From Candidatus Altimarinota bacterium (GTDB lineage Bacteria; Patescibacteriota; Gracilibacteria; UBA1369), in contig JBAZYK010000011.1 of the NCBI GenBank assembly GCA_041659405.1, positions 31,674-63,673 on the forward strand: 32,000 bases of DNA, given 5' to 3'. The notes under the pieces are model-generated. The model was not told the origin of the DNA and did no database searches. It saw nothing but the letters and a program-made list of their open reading frames with translations. Made by a program: the position numbers and the translations under genes. Within the stretch, counting starts at the first letter, position 1; every line of letters starts with the position of its first letter. This document shows, piece by piece, positions 1 through 9,939 of this stretch.

Positions 1-157
1 TCCCCAGACGCTTTAAATGCTCATCTATCTGCCAAATTCGACCATCATAAGTTCGCAAAGTTTCATAAACGCCGTCTCCATACAAAAAACCATTATCAAA
101 AACGGACACTTTTGCCTGCGCCGCCTTCAAAAACTTACCATTCAAAAAGACAATCAT
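1..157 (-). CDS. Aminotransferase class IV (PabC/IlvE-like), N-terminal 52 aa only; continues off the window
   Basis: Minus-strand translation from ATG at 157 reads MIVFLNGKFLKAAQAKVSVFDNGFLYGDGVYETLRTYDGRIWQIDEHLKRLG, a typical class IV aminotransferase N-terminus. It is absent from the ORF track because it is truncated. Confidence 0.85.
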   Translation of the reverse strand, partial: MIVFLNGKFLKAAQAKVSVFDNGFLYGDGVYETLRTYDGRIWQIDEHLKRLG

Positions 158-210
158 TCCAAAACTTTAAATCCGCATCCATTCTACAACAACCAATCGC
201 AAAAGAAATG

Positions 211-756
211 CTATTCTTCTTCGGCTTCTCCCGCTTCCACAGATATATCAAATCCACCAATAGCTGGAGATGCAATCGGAGTAAAAAATTCCGCACTAAC
301 TCCCGCAAAACCAGCAAAAGTCAGCAATGGGCCCCCAATTGAAACGCCCTTATAAGCCTCACGAATTAAATCAACTTCCGCACCGGCAGGCGTTGGCGTA
401 AATTCATTTCTTCCTGGAATATAAGTACTACTTCCATCAACAAAAACCGGCACCGCATCAACCGGAGTAGAAACTTGATCAACACTTGCGCGCATTAGAC
501 CACGAATACCATCGATTTTTATCCCGGCATAACCAAGAAATTCCGGAGTTTCAAAACCTCCCGATTGATGTATTCTGTTAGGATAACCGGCAGGGGCACG
601 CTTTGTATCAGATTCCGATCTGGGCACATTGATGACCTTTCCCAATTCCGGCGTAAGCACCTCTATTCCTTCTGCTCCTAGCTTAGGATTTCTTTTTTCA
701 TCTTCCAGTAATCCCGGATCAAACGCACCATCCGGATCTTTATTTGTTTCACTCAT
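211..756 (-). CDS. Hypothetical protein
   Basis: 181-aa open frame collinear with its neighbours; no recognised motif. Confidence 0.6.
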   Translation of the reverse strand: MSETNKDPDGAFDPGLLEDEKRNPKLGAEGIEVLTPELGKVINVPRSESDTKRAPAGYPNRIHQSGGFETPEFLGYAGIKIDGIRGLMRASVDQVSTPVDAVPVFVDGSSTYIPGRNEFTPTPAGAEVDLIREAYKGVSIGGPLLTFAGFAGVSAEFFTPIASPAIGGFDISVEAGEAEEE

Positions 757-796
757 AAAAAATTAGTAAAAAATACAAAGCGTAAATTATTCAATT

Positions 797-1492
797 TCAA
801 TCAACACGCGCCCCTACAAAACTGTTATACAAAGTATCTTCCGCAGGCGGAATGATGACCGGCTTGCGCTTAGCAACAGGCTTTAACGCAGAAAGAGGAG
901 GCGCATCAACAACTTCAACGGGAGCATGAACCGGTCTTTTATATACACCCGAGTTTGGCAAAGTTGGCGCCGCAGATGGAACGGAAGAGTTAACTTCCGC
1001 AGAAACACCAACTTCTGGCAGAACATCAACCTCATCAAAAGTCACCCAATTTCCACTATCTTTTGGAGCCCTAGAAGCAGCGACCTCACTCAAAACACGT
1101 TGGCATTGTCCACTAACTTCTCCAACACTATCCACAACCGGATTACGACAAACCTCAACCAGTGCCCTTTCCAAGGATCCATATGAAAGGGTAAAAGCCG
1201 ACTCTTTAGGATCATCAACATCAGTTTTTGGCCCACTGTCTGCTACATCCGCCAAATCACTGGAAAGTGGCCCCCAATTATCAAAGCCTCCCCTCGCATG
1301 TACTTCTGCCAATCCTGCAGCTACCTCATGACCTTCCGGCCTTTGTCCATAAGCTTTCGCCTGCTCTCCTACATGTTCTCGTATTTTGGCCAATGTCCTC
1401 ATTCTTGTCTTTTCATTAGCAGCCCTCACAGCCTCCATAGCAGCAAGATCAACAGGCCATTCGCCTACATCACTTTCTTCCATATCCATCAT
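797..1492 (-). CDS. Hypothetical protein, Pro-rich low-complexity C-terminus
   Basis: 231-aa open frame; no recognised family. Confidence 0.6.
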   Translation of the reverse strand: MMDMEESDVGEWPVDLAAMEAVRAANEKTRMRTLAKIREHVGEQAKAYGQRPEGHEVAAGLAEVHARGGFDNWGPLSSDLADVADSGPKTDVDDPKESAFTLSYGSLERALVEVCRNPVVDSVGEVSGQCQRVLSEVAASRAPKDSGNWVTFDEVDVLPEVGVSAEVNSSVPSAAPTLPNSGVYKRPVHAPVEVVDAPPLSALKPVAKRKPVIIPPAEDTLYNSFVGARVD

Positions 1493-1620
1493 TATATTGA
1501 AATTAGTTTCTAAAAAAAACCACGAAGTTCAACATACACACACAAATTCAAAAAGTCAACCACTCGCTCCAGGCACTTTTGAAAACAAAATCCCATTTCC
1601 TGTCTAAAAAATCACACACA

Positions 1621-3060
1621 CTACTTTAAAGCCTCATTCAAAGCCTCCGCCTTCATTAAAGTTTCCTCATATTCTTTTGTAGGATCAGAATCAGCCACAA
1701 TTCCGCCGCCAACCTGCGCATAAATTTTCCCGTTTTTCTGCAAAATCGTCCGAATCAAAATATTTAGATCGGAGTCGCCCAAAAGGTTCACAAAACCTGC
1801 AGAACCGGTGTAAATCCCTCGCTTAAAATCCTCCAAACCATCAATAATCTGCATGGTCCGCTTTTTAGGACAGCCGGTAATTGACCCACCCGGAAACACC
1901 GCCCGCAGCGCATCCCAAAAATCCTTTCCATAAGCCAATTTTCCTTCAACTTTCGCAATTGTATGAATCACATGTGAATATTTTTCGATTTTCTGAAAAT
2001 CAGTAACCTTTACACTGCCCGCCTCGCAAACTTTTCCAAGATCATTTCGCTCCAAATCGGTAATCATAGCGAGCTCCGCTTTTTCCTTTTCCGAAGCCAA
2101 AAGTTCCGCCTCATGCGCCGCATCTTCTTCCGCATTTTTTCCACGAGCCACCGTGCCTTTAATCGGCCAGGTTTCAACTTTCGTTCCTCTTTTTCTAAGC
2201 AACAATTCCGGCGAAGAACTCATAATTTTGAACTCCGGGAACTCAAAATAACAGCTAAACGGTGAAGGATTAAGGCTTGAAAGTTTTTGATAGATTTTCC
2301 AGCCATCAACCGTACAATCCGCCGCAAATCTCTGTGAAAAATTAACCTGATAAGTTTCTCCATCCTTCAAATATTGTTTTACCGCCGCGATTTTCTCTTG
2401 ATATTGAGCAAAACTCACATTCGATTTTAAAGCTCCCATTTCGCCGACAGACCGTGGTCTAACCGGCTTCTGCAAATCCTCTTTCATGGTTTCAATTTTT
2501 TTACGCGCCTGCAAATCCGTCTCGGCCAAAGCCAAAAAATACAATTCATTTTCCTGATGATCAAACGCAAAAACCTTATCCACAAAAGCAAAAACAAAAT
2601 CAGGCAGAACCACATCATCAAAAACTTTCTGTTCAACTTCCATCAAATTCGCGCCAAAATCATAACTGAAATAACCCGCCGCTCCACCAAAAAACGGCAC
2701 CGGCGCCGCCCCATGATAATGAATGAATTTAAAAATATTTTGCAAAACGTCCAAAGGCTCCCCTTCCACAATTTGACCGGTATTTTTCTTCTCAAAATCC
2801 AAAAAATCACGACGCTTTAAAAGCTGCGTCACCCCTTTGGTGGAACCTGCCCCACTTGCCTCACGCATACTGGAACAAACCATGTATGGATCATAACCAA
2901 TATAAGAATAGCGCTCGGACAAGCCACTTTTCTTCCCCGCAAAATCTCCGCCACTTTGCAGCAAAAACGCGTAATCTCCGCGAACATGATCAAAAAAACT
3001 GGCCGGATTTTCATCCTTGGCCAGTTTCCTTTTCTCGAAAAAAAGTTTTACGTATTTCAT
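1621..3060 (-). CDS. pabB: Chorismate-binding synthase component I, aminodeoxychorismate synthase (PabB)-like
   Basis: 479 aa with chorismate-binding signatures (SSSPELLLRKRG, PIKGTVARG, ITDLERNDLGKVC, FPGGSITGCPKKR, YTGSAGF, GGGIVADSDPTKEYEETL). The PIKGT lysine favours PabB over TrpE. Confidence 0.85.
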   Translation of the reverse strand: MKYVKLFFEKRKLAKDENPASFFDHVRGDYAFLLQSGGDFAGKKSGLSERYSYIGYDPYMVCSSMREASGAGSTKGVTQLLKRRDFLDFEKKNTGQIVEGEPLDVLQNIFKFIHYHGAAPVPFFGGAAGYFSYDFGANLMEVEQKVFDDVVLPDFVFAFVDKVFAFDHQENELYFLALAETDLQARKKIETMKEDLQKPVRPRSVGEMGALKSNVSFAQYQEKIAAVKQYLKDGETYQVNFSQRFAADCTVDGWKIYQKLSSLNPSPFSCYFEFPEFKIMSSSPELLLRKRGTKVETWPIKGTVARGKNAEEDAAHEAELLASEKEKAELAMITDLERNDLGKVCEAGSVKVTDFQKIEKYSHVIHTIAKVEGKLAYGKDFWDALRAVFPGGSITGCPKKRTMQIIDGLEDFKRGIYTGSAGFVNLLGDSDLNILIRTILQKNGKIYAQVGGGIVADSDPTKEYEETLMKAEALNEALK

Positions 3061-3134
3061 ACAAATTGTTCACAAGCGACAAAAGTTCAACAGAACAATT
3101 TTTAACTCAATTCCACAAAAAACAAATCCACCAA

Positions 3135-3623
3135 TTAAACCCGTTCGTCTTCCCCGTAAACATGTTCATACTCGCTCTTAGCGTAGTCAAAAAGTTCATC
3201 TGGATTGAAAAATCTTGGAACTTCTTTCATGGCAGTTTCAACGGAATCGGAAGCGTGAACAACGTTACAAGCCACGCTCATAGCCAAATCACCGCGGATA
3301 GATCCGGCTTCGGCACTGCGAGCCTTGGTAATTCCACATAAAATGCGAATAGCTTGAACAACTTCCAAGCCCTCCAAACAAATCGCAACCACCGGCGAAC
3401 TTTGCATAAACCTTGTTACACCGGGGAAAAATGGCTTATCGGCAATATGCGCGTAATGTTCACGCAAAACAGCTTCACTCAAACTCATCATTTTAATACC
3501 AACAACTTTTAGACCTTTCTTTTCAAAACGGTTCAAAACTTCTCCAATAAGCCCTCTTTGAACTCCATCCGGTTTAATTAAAACGAGTGTTTTTTCTTTG
3601 ATACCTTTAAATTCCATTGCCAT
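3135..3623 (-). CDS. ndk: Nucleoside diphosphate kinase
   Basis: TLVLIKPDGVQRGLIGEV and NVVHASDS active-site motifs; 162 aa. Confidence 0.95.
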   Translation of the reverse strand: MAMEFKGIKEKTLVLIKPDGVQRGLIGEVLNRFEKKGLKVVGIKMMSLSEAVLREHYAHIADKPFFPGVTRFMQSSPVVAICLEGLEVVQAIRILCGITKARSAEAGSIRGDLAMSVACNVVHASDSVETAMKEVPRFFNPDELFDYAKSEYEHVYGEDERV

Positions 3624-3814
3624 AATTTTAGATCAGTTAGCGAATAAATCGAAAACATATTACCGAGAATAGGAAATTTGGCAAGTGGAGTTCGCTCCGC
3701 GGCTACTTATAAGCTCAGTCCATGACCTCATAAAAATAGGTACTTCGTGCGTGGCCATCATTTAAAAAAATCACGATAAGCTATATAATCATCACCGCAT
3801 AACAATAAAACCGC

Positions 3815-4309
3815 ATGAAAGCCGTACGAATAATTCAAACCGTATTTACCGCAATCGGGGCAATATTTTTACTTGTAGCCGCCGGAATTTTTCTAAACTC
3901 CCAAGCATCTCTTGCAAACGGCACCATCACTTCCAGCCTTGTCGATTTATGGCTTTTGCCAATGCTTTTTGGCCTAATCGGGGTCGTATTTTTCGCCGTT
4001 GGTTTTGGAATGATAATGTGGGGAGTTAAAAAAGCTGCCACTATTAAAAAACTCCAGGAATCCGGCCGCAGAATTGAAACCGAAATTAAAGGTGTTGAAT
4101 TAAATACCCACTATAGAGTCAACGGACGTCACCCCTATCGCATTATTTCAGAGTTCACCGAAGGCAATAATATTTACATTTTTAAAAGCGATAATATCTG
4201 GTTCGACCCCACAAACTACATCAAAACAAAAACCATCAGCGTCCTGGTCGACCCCAACAATATGAAAAAATATTACACAGACATTTCATTTCTGCCGAAG
4301 GTGAATTAA
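3815..4309 (+). CDS. DUF3592-like membrane protein
   Basis: Two N-terminal TM helices followed by a small beta-rich domain (YRVNGRHPYRIISEF). Confidence 0.6.
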   Translation: MKAVRIIQTVFTAIGAIFLLVAAGIFLNSQASLANGTITSSLVDLWLLPMLFGLIGVVFFAVGFGMIMWGVKKAATIKKLQESGRRIETEIKGVELNTHYRVNGRHPYRIISEFTEGNNIYIFKSDNIWFDPTNYIKTKTISVLVDPNNMKKYYTDISFLPKVN

Positions 4310-4325
4310 GTTCGCATCACCCACA

Positions 4326-4688
4326 TCATTTTTCAAACTCTACAAGAATTTTATTGATTATTACCTCTGCTTTATCAATATCTTCCTGCGTTGTAAGCCT
4401 ATCTTTAAATTCGGTGTCGTTTACTAAAGCTTCATGATAAGCAAAAACTTCAGCGCATAATTCTTCAGGAATTTGAAGTTCTTCATTCAAGACATTCCTT
4501 ATGATGTCTGCCAAATTGCCGGCCACCAGAGCAAACCAAGCTTTTCGAACTTTATATTTGGAATTCGGCGAAGTCGAATACAAAACCTCTTTTGGTATAC
4601 CATTTTTCCAACCGGTCATTGCCGCCCTTAAACCACCAACAATCTCTTGCTTTAAAGCCTCTTGCCCCATTGGTTCACCCTCTCCCAT
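4326..4688 (-). CDS. Hypothetical protein
   Basis: 120-aa open frame; no recognised family. Confidence 0.6.
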   Translation of the reverse strand: MGEGEPMGQEALKQEIVGGLRAAMTGWKNGIPKEVLYSTSPNSKYKVRKAWFALVAGNLADIIRNVLNEELQIPEELCAEVFAYHEALVNDTEFKDRLTTQEDIDKAEVIINKILVEFEK

Positions 4689-4719
4689 ATAATTTATTGA
4701 AAATAAGTTTCATCTCCCT

Positions 4720-4803
4720 CCCCGGCCCCCCGTGGCATGTTTCCTGAGCACATTCGGGGTAGGGGCCCCATGTGCGAAGGGAATATGCCGCGGGGGGCTG
4801 GGG
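4720..4803 (+). ncRNA. Candidate structured RNA: 84-nt hairpin with UGA/GAA internal loop
   Basis: 4720-4753 pairs with 4770-4803 in 31 of 34 positions, including four pairs that are G-U only if the + strand is transcribed. Confidence 0.5.
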
Positions 4804-4814
4804 TTAAGAGTTCC

Positions 4815-6080
4815 CTAAAACTTTAGTAGCTTCAAGAATCGTTCCTCATCATCATACGGCCCAATTATCGCAATTCGCAAATTTTCTTCTTTGAACAAAT
4901 CACGCGCCACGCGACCAAGATCCTCTACAGTTACAGCATCAACCATTTTCATAATTTCTTCCGGTGTCTCTACATTTCCATACAAAAGTTCAAATTTACC
5001 AAGCAAATGCGCGTATTCTTCCGAATCTTCCAGACGCAAAACCATTTTTCCTTTCAAAAATTCCTTTGATTTCAGCAACTCCGCTTCCGGCACGGGTTCG
5101 GTTAAAACTTTTTTATACTCTTCCACAATTGCGGTAATTGCCTTGTCTATGCCGTCTAAAGAAACTCCGGCATTCGTGGAAAAAGTTCCGGTATCGGTAT
5201 AATCGTCAGTTGAAGTGTTGATGTAATAAGCCAATCCCTGCTTTTCACGAACCGACAAAAACATTCTGGAACTCATATTCCCACCCAAAACAATTCCCAA
5301 TAATTTTGCGGCATAGTGATCTTTATGCTGTTCCGAATAACCCGGAAAACCCAAAATCACATGAGCCTGTTCGGTTTTTTTATTGCGAAGATAAATCTTT
5401 TTTTCAACCTTAACATCTTTTACCTCATTAAAATTGTAGGCTTTTTCGGCATCCTCAAACGTAAACAATTTTGAAACAGCCTTCACCATTTCATCATGAT
5501 CAACATTTCCGGAAACGGCAATTACCGTATTCCCAGGCACATAAAGCTCTTTCTTGTACTTAATGAAATCCGCCTGTTTTATGCCCATGATCACCTCTTT
5601 AGTCCCCACCTGATCCCAACCAATCGGCTGATCACCATAAATCAAACGCTCAAAATCCCAACCAATCTGGTACATTGGCGTATCCTGATACATATTATAT
5701 TCTTCCATAATTACCCCACGCTCTTTGTCGATCTCCGCCGGATCAAACTTGGAATGAATCAACATATCCGCCAAAACATCCAAAGCCAAATCCACATGCC
5801 TGTCCGCAACCTTTATATAATAGCCGGCATATTCTTTGCCTGTGAAAGCGTTAAAATCGCCACCAACCGAATCAATTGCCTCCGAAACCTCTTTAGTATT
5901 CGTATATTTTTCAGCGCCCTTAAAAAACATGTGCTCCAAAAAATGCGAAATTCCATTAAGTTCTTTTATTTCATAACGCGATCCCGCTCCCACTAAAATC
6001 AAAACCGTTACCGATTTTGTATTATCGAGTTTTTTAGTCACAATTCTAAGTCCATTTTGTAAAGCTGTTTTCTTTAACAT
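4815..6080 (-). CDS. M16 family zinc metallopeptidase (processing-peptidase/PqqL-like)
   Basis: HFLEHMFFKG (HxxEH) motif, GGDFNAFTGKEYAGYY, full-length M16 architecture. Confidence 0.95.
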   Translation of the reverse strand: MLKKTALQNGLRIVTKKLDNTKSVTVLILVGAGSRYEIKELNGISHFLEHMFFKGAEKYTNTKEVSEAIDSVGGDFNAFTGKEYAGYYIKVADRHVDLALDVLADMLIHSKFDPAEIDKERGVIMEEYNMYQDTPMYQIGWDFERLIYGDQPIGWDQVGTKEVIMGIKQADFIKYKKELYVPGNTVIAVSGNVDHDEMVKAVSKLFTFEDAEKAYNFNEVKDVKVEKKIYLRNKKTEQAHVILGFPGYSEQHKDHYAAKLLGIVLGGNMSSRMFLSVREKQGLAYYINTSTDDYTDTGTFSTNAGVSLDGIDKAITAIVEEYKKVLTEPVPEAELLKSKEFLKGKMVLRLEDSEEYAHLLGKFELLYGNVETPEEIMKMVDAVTVEDLGRVARDLFKEENLRIAIIGPYDDEERFLKLLKF

Positions 6081-6165
6081 AGATTCAAAATCAAAAAGAG
6101 TAGCTGGTTTATTATAAAGAATCTGCTATATAATACAATCCCGATTATCCGGAAGACTTCAACTT

Positions 6166-8472
6166 ATGAAAAACCGTGCTTTTGGCAAAAGAAAACCTAT
6201 AAATCGTCTTTCAATTCTGCTGATTGCAGCCTTTTTTATGACCGGCGTGATTGCCGTACGATTATTTTATTTGCAAGTGATTAAGGGCGATTATTACAGC
6301 AAAAAAGCCGATGCCGAACATTTTGGAGAAAGCACACTTTCCGCTCGCCGTGGTGAAATTTACATTAAGGATTATGCCTCAAACGACATGGTTAGGGTCG
6401 CCACCAACACCACTCTTGACCTTTTGTTTGCGGATCCCACCCAAATTGCCGACAAAAAACTGGTCGCGGACAGAATTTCACCAATGATTTTCAACCTGGA
6501 TCAAGCCAAAAAAGATGACACAACCAGAATCAAAAACGAAACAATTCATGCCAAAACCGCCGAAGATCTGGCTAAAGTGGCCCCACTAAACGACCAGGAA
6601 CTTTATCAAAAATTTTATACCGATCTTTTGGATAAAATCAGCCAGGAAAAGCGCTTACAAATCACCCTGCGTGACGATCTTCCCAAAGAAACCCTGGATC
6701 AAATTAAGGCCTTAAATTTAACCGGAATAGATGCGGTTGAAGGTGCTTTAATTGCCTACCCTGCGCAAATAGTTGATCGTGATAAGGTTGCCCTGGCCCT
6801 GACTCCATATATGGAAATGCCACCAACCGAACTTGCCAATATTTTAAAAGGAAGAAACCGCTACGTTATCCTTCAACGTAAAATCAAACCGGAAATTGCC
6901 GCCCAAATCAAAAAACTGATTGATGAAGATAAAACCAAAAACTTCACAGGGCTTGGCCTAAAAGAAGAATACTTCCGTTATTACCCGGAAGGTACTTTGG
7001 CATCCAACATTTTAGGTTTTGTTGTTGATAGCGGTGCAAGCCAACTTGGCCAATATGGAATTGAAAGTAAATTCAACAGCCAACTTCAAGGAAAAAAGGG
7101 TATCTTTAAAACTCAAAAAGACGGACTCAATCGTCAAATCACTGTTGGCAACAGCGAAATCATTCCTGCTGTAGATGGCGACAACGTAGTCTTAACTATT
7201 GATCGTTCCATCCAAATGGCAGCAGAAAAATATTTGGCCCAGGCTGTCCGCGACTTTAATGCCGATAACGGACAAGTAATCGTAATGGATCCAAAAACCG
7301 GCAAAATTATGGCCATGGCCAGTTACCCGACTTTTAATCCCAACAGTTTTGGTGACATTTATCAAACCGAAGATGTCAGCCTAAGCCCCGAAAATATTAA
7401 AAACCTCGTTCCAATTGAAAACGTCCCAAATGCTTTTTGGTTCTACAGAAATTTTATAACCAAAGACCGTATCCAAATTTTCAAAGTGCAAAAAGATGAT
7501 GGGACCGTTATTTATCAAAGATACGCAAATCTTGTCGGACCCGAGGCATATCAAAATAAACCTGTTTCCCAGGCTTATGAACCGGGATCCATTTTCAAAA
7601 TTGTCACCATGGCAGCTGCAATTGATGACGGCGACGTAAAGCCAACAACAGCCATTAACGATCCGGGCATTTTGTATCTTGATAAAAACAAAAATGGCGG
7701 AAAATTTAAAGGCCCCGATGGGCTTGGTTATGATGCCATCATCCATAATGTTTCTGAAAAATGCACGAATTCACATTCCACCATGACCTGGATCATCCAA
7801 AATTCATGTAACACCGGAATGACCTGGGTGGCACAAAAAATCGGCAGAAATCTGTTCTATAATTACATGCTAAAATTCGGATTCAACGAAAGAACCGATA
7901 TTGAATTCGATAACGAAAGTCCGGGCAGAATCGCCAACTTTGATCAATGGACCGATTCCGAACTTGCCAACCATGCCTTTGGACAAGGTATTCTTGCCAC
8001 TCCCCTGCAAATGATTTCGGCCTATGCCACCGTTGCCAACAAGGGCATTTATATGCAACCGCACATTGTGGAAAGTGTTCAGCAACAGGACGGGAAAATA
8101 ATCACCTATGACCCAAAACCAATCCAGCGCGTAATTTCGGAACAGGCTGCGGAAACTATGAAGGCCATGCTGGTCAATAACGTTGAAAATGGCGACAGTT
8201 ACGGCAGAATCCGCATGCCGGACCATTACATCGGCGCTAAAACCGGTACAGCTCAAACTTATATGAACGGTGAAGCCTTAAAAGGCGCAGGTACAACCAT
8301 TGCCACCATCATCGGCTTTGCTCCAAAAGATAATCCACGCTTTGTGATTTTAGCCAAATTGGATCACCCGCGCGCCAGCGAATGGGCCGACGCAACTTCC
8401 GCCGTCCTCTTCCAAAAAATGGCCGCTTACCTGTTTGACTACTTCAGCCTCCCACCGGATAAAAAAGGCTAA
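6166..8472 (+). CDS. Class B penicillin-binding protein / D,D-transpeptidase (PBP2/FtsI-like)
   Basis: N-terminal TM helix, PGSIFK (SxxK), SCN and KTGTAQ motifs. Confidence 0.92.
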   Translation: MKNRAFGKRKPINRLSILLIAAFFMTGVIAVRLFYLQVIKGDYYSKKADAEHFGESTLSARRGEIYIKDYASNDMVRVATNTTLDLLFADPTQIADKKLVADRISPMIFNLDQAKKDDTTRIKNETIHAKTAEDLAKVAPLNDQELYQKFYTDLLDKISQEKRLQITLRDDLPKETLDQIKALNLTGIDAVEGALIAYPAQIVDRDKVALALTPYMEMPPTELANILKGRNRYVILQRKIKPEIAAQIKKLIDEDKTKNFTGLGLKEEYFRYYPEGTLASNILGFVVDSGASQLGQYGIESKFNSQLQGKKGIFKTQKDGLNRQITVGNSEIIPAVDGDNVVLTIDRSIQMAAEKYLAQAVRDFNADNGQVIVMDPKTGKIMAMASYPTFNPNSFGDIYQTEDVSLSPENIKNLVPIENVPNAFWFYRNFITKDRIQIFKVQKDDGTVIYQRYANLVGPEAYQNKPVSQAYEPGSIFKIVTMAAAIDDGDVKPTTAINDPGILYLDKNKNGGKFKGPDGLGYDAIIHNVSEKCTNSHSTMTWIIQNSCNTGMTWVAQKIGRNLFYNYMLKFGFNERTDIEFDNESPGRIANFDQWTDSELANHAFGQGILATPLQMISAYATVANKGIYMQPHIVESVQQQDGKIITYDPKPIQRVISEQAAETMKAMLVNNVENGDSYGRIRMPDHYIGAKTGTAQTYMNGEALKGAGTTIATIIGFAPKDNPRFVILAKLDHPRASEWADATSAVLFQKMAAYLFDYFSLPPDKKG

Positions 8473-8497
8473 TAGCCAAGTTTTGCTGTTTTAAGGA

Positions 8498-9889
8498 TTG
8501 GTGTTAAACTTCCCACCAACTCATCCAAACGTAAAAAAACCTAAAAAACACCTTATGGCCATCAAAAATTTAGAAGAAAGCCAGCATAACATTCTGGAAA
8601 TTATGAAGCGCGAACCGGAAGGCTTGATAACAAAGCTAACTACTGTTGTCGATGAAGCCTTAAAGAAAAGATCAGCGGTTCTAAAGCTCGCCGCAAAAAA
8701 GCAAACCCCCTTTTATCTTTTGGATGAGAAAGCGCTGGATAAAAGCATTGATGAGTTCATGACCGGATTTTCGAAACACCTAAGTGGACGGCCTTACTAT
8801 GCCATAAAATCCAATTATCATCCCCTCATTTTAAAAAGAGTGGTCCAAAAAGGCATGGGGCTGGACGTTAGTAGCGGAAGAGAGCTGAAATTCGCAATTA
8901 AAGCAAAAGCCAAATACATCGTTTTTTCGGGACCGGGCAAAACCGATGAAGAGCTTCGTTTGGCCCTAAAATACCATAAAAGAGTGATCGTGCACGTGGA
9001 CAGCTTTAATGAACTTAAACGTCTGGGAAACTTAAGCCAAAAATCCCACAAAAAAATTACAATTGGAGTCCGCTTTTTCACCAACTATCACTTGGGAAAC
9101 AAATTCGGAATCCCCCTGGATGACCTGCGAGAATTCTGGACCGAAGCCAAAAAATACCCATATCTTGAACTAAGAGGACTACAATCTCATTTCAGCTGGA
9201 ACAAAGACTCCGAAAAATATAGCAAAATGCTCAAATTGCTCGCAGACCACTTAAAGAAATATTTTAAGCCCGAAGAGTTGGATGAAATTCATTTTATTGA
9301 TCTGGGCGGCGGATTCTACCCAAAACAAATCGATGGATTTTACCCCTGGACAGGCCGCTATCCAAGCCATATGCATGCCGGCGCTCTTGCCAAGTTGGCA
9401 AACGCTGAATTCGGCGTAAAAACCGAATTTATAGACCCATACTACATTGTGGATTCAAAAACCCCTGAAGAATATGCGGAATTGATCGGAACCGTGGTCA
9501 AAGAAAACTTAAGCTTCCTAAAAAACTGCATCTATTACGCAGAACCGGGACGAATGATCTCCTACAGTTCCATGCACATTGTTGTGAAGCTTATCGACAT
9601 CAAAAAATCCTCCGTTGGCATCACGGACGGAGGAATCAACGCTATCGGTTGGGAATTTGGCGAACATTTCTACATGCCCATCATTAATTTAACTCATCCT
9701 TCAAAAGAAGAAATCCCCTTCACATTATACGGATCACTCTGCACACCAAGAGACGTCTGGGGCTACTATTGTTTTGCCAGCGAAATGCAAAGCGGCGATG
9801 TCCTGATCATCCCAAATCAAGGGGCCTATCGCTACACTCTCGCCCAGGAATTTATCAAAGCCATTCCGCCAGTCTACGTTCTAAAATAA
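8498..9889 (+). CDS. PLP-dependent group IV (fold type III) decarboxylase, diaminopimelate/ornithine/carboxynorspermidine decarboxylase-like
   Basis: YYAIKSNYHP (PLP lysine), GLDVSSGREL, FIDLGGGF, YAEPGRM, GSLCTPRDVWG (Cys-x-x-x-Asp) motifs. Confidence 0.85.
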   Translation: MVLNFPPTHPNVKKPKKHLMAIKNLEESQHNILEIMKREPEGLITKLTTVVDEALKKRSAVLKLAAKKQTPFYLLDEKALDKSIDEFMTGFSKHLSGRPYYAIKSNYHPLILKRVVQKGMGLDVSSGRELKFAIKAKAKYIVFSGPGKTDEELRLALKYHKRVIVHVDSFNELKRLGNLSQKSHKKITIGVRFFTNYHLGNKFGIPLDDLREFWTEAKKYPYLELRGLQSHFSWNKDSEKYSKMLKLLADHLKKYFKPEELDEIHFIDLGGGFYPKQIDGFYPWTGRYPSHMHAGALAKLANAEFGVKTEFIDPYYIVDSKTPEEYAELIGTVVKENLSFLKNCIYYAEPGRMISYSSMHIVVKLIDIKKSSVGITDGGINAIGWEFGEHFYMPIINLTHPSKEEIPFTLYGSLCTPRDVWGYYCFASEMQSGDVLIIPNQGAYRYTLAQEFIKAIPPVYVLK

Positions 9890-9939
9890 GCCCGCTCCGG
9901 GCGCGGTAGCGATAGACATTTCATGCGTGAACATTCAAG

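Noticed and set aside
4891-5202. Antisense + strand ORFs inside the M16 peptidase and similar shadows (e.g. 5496-5996, 7381-7746, 15881-16129, 20469-20723)
   Set aside because: These lie opposite well-supported coding regions and show no recognisable motifs.
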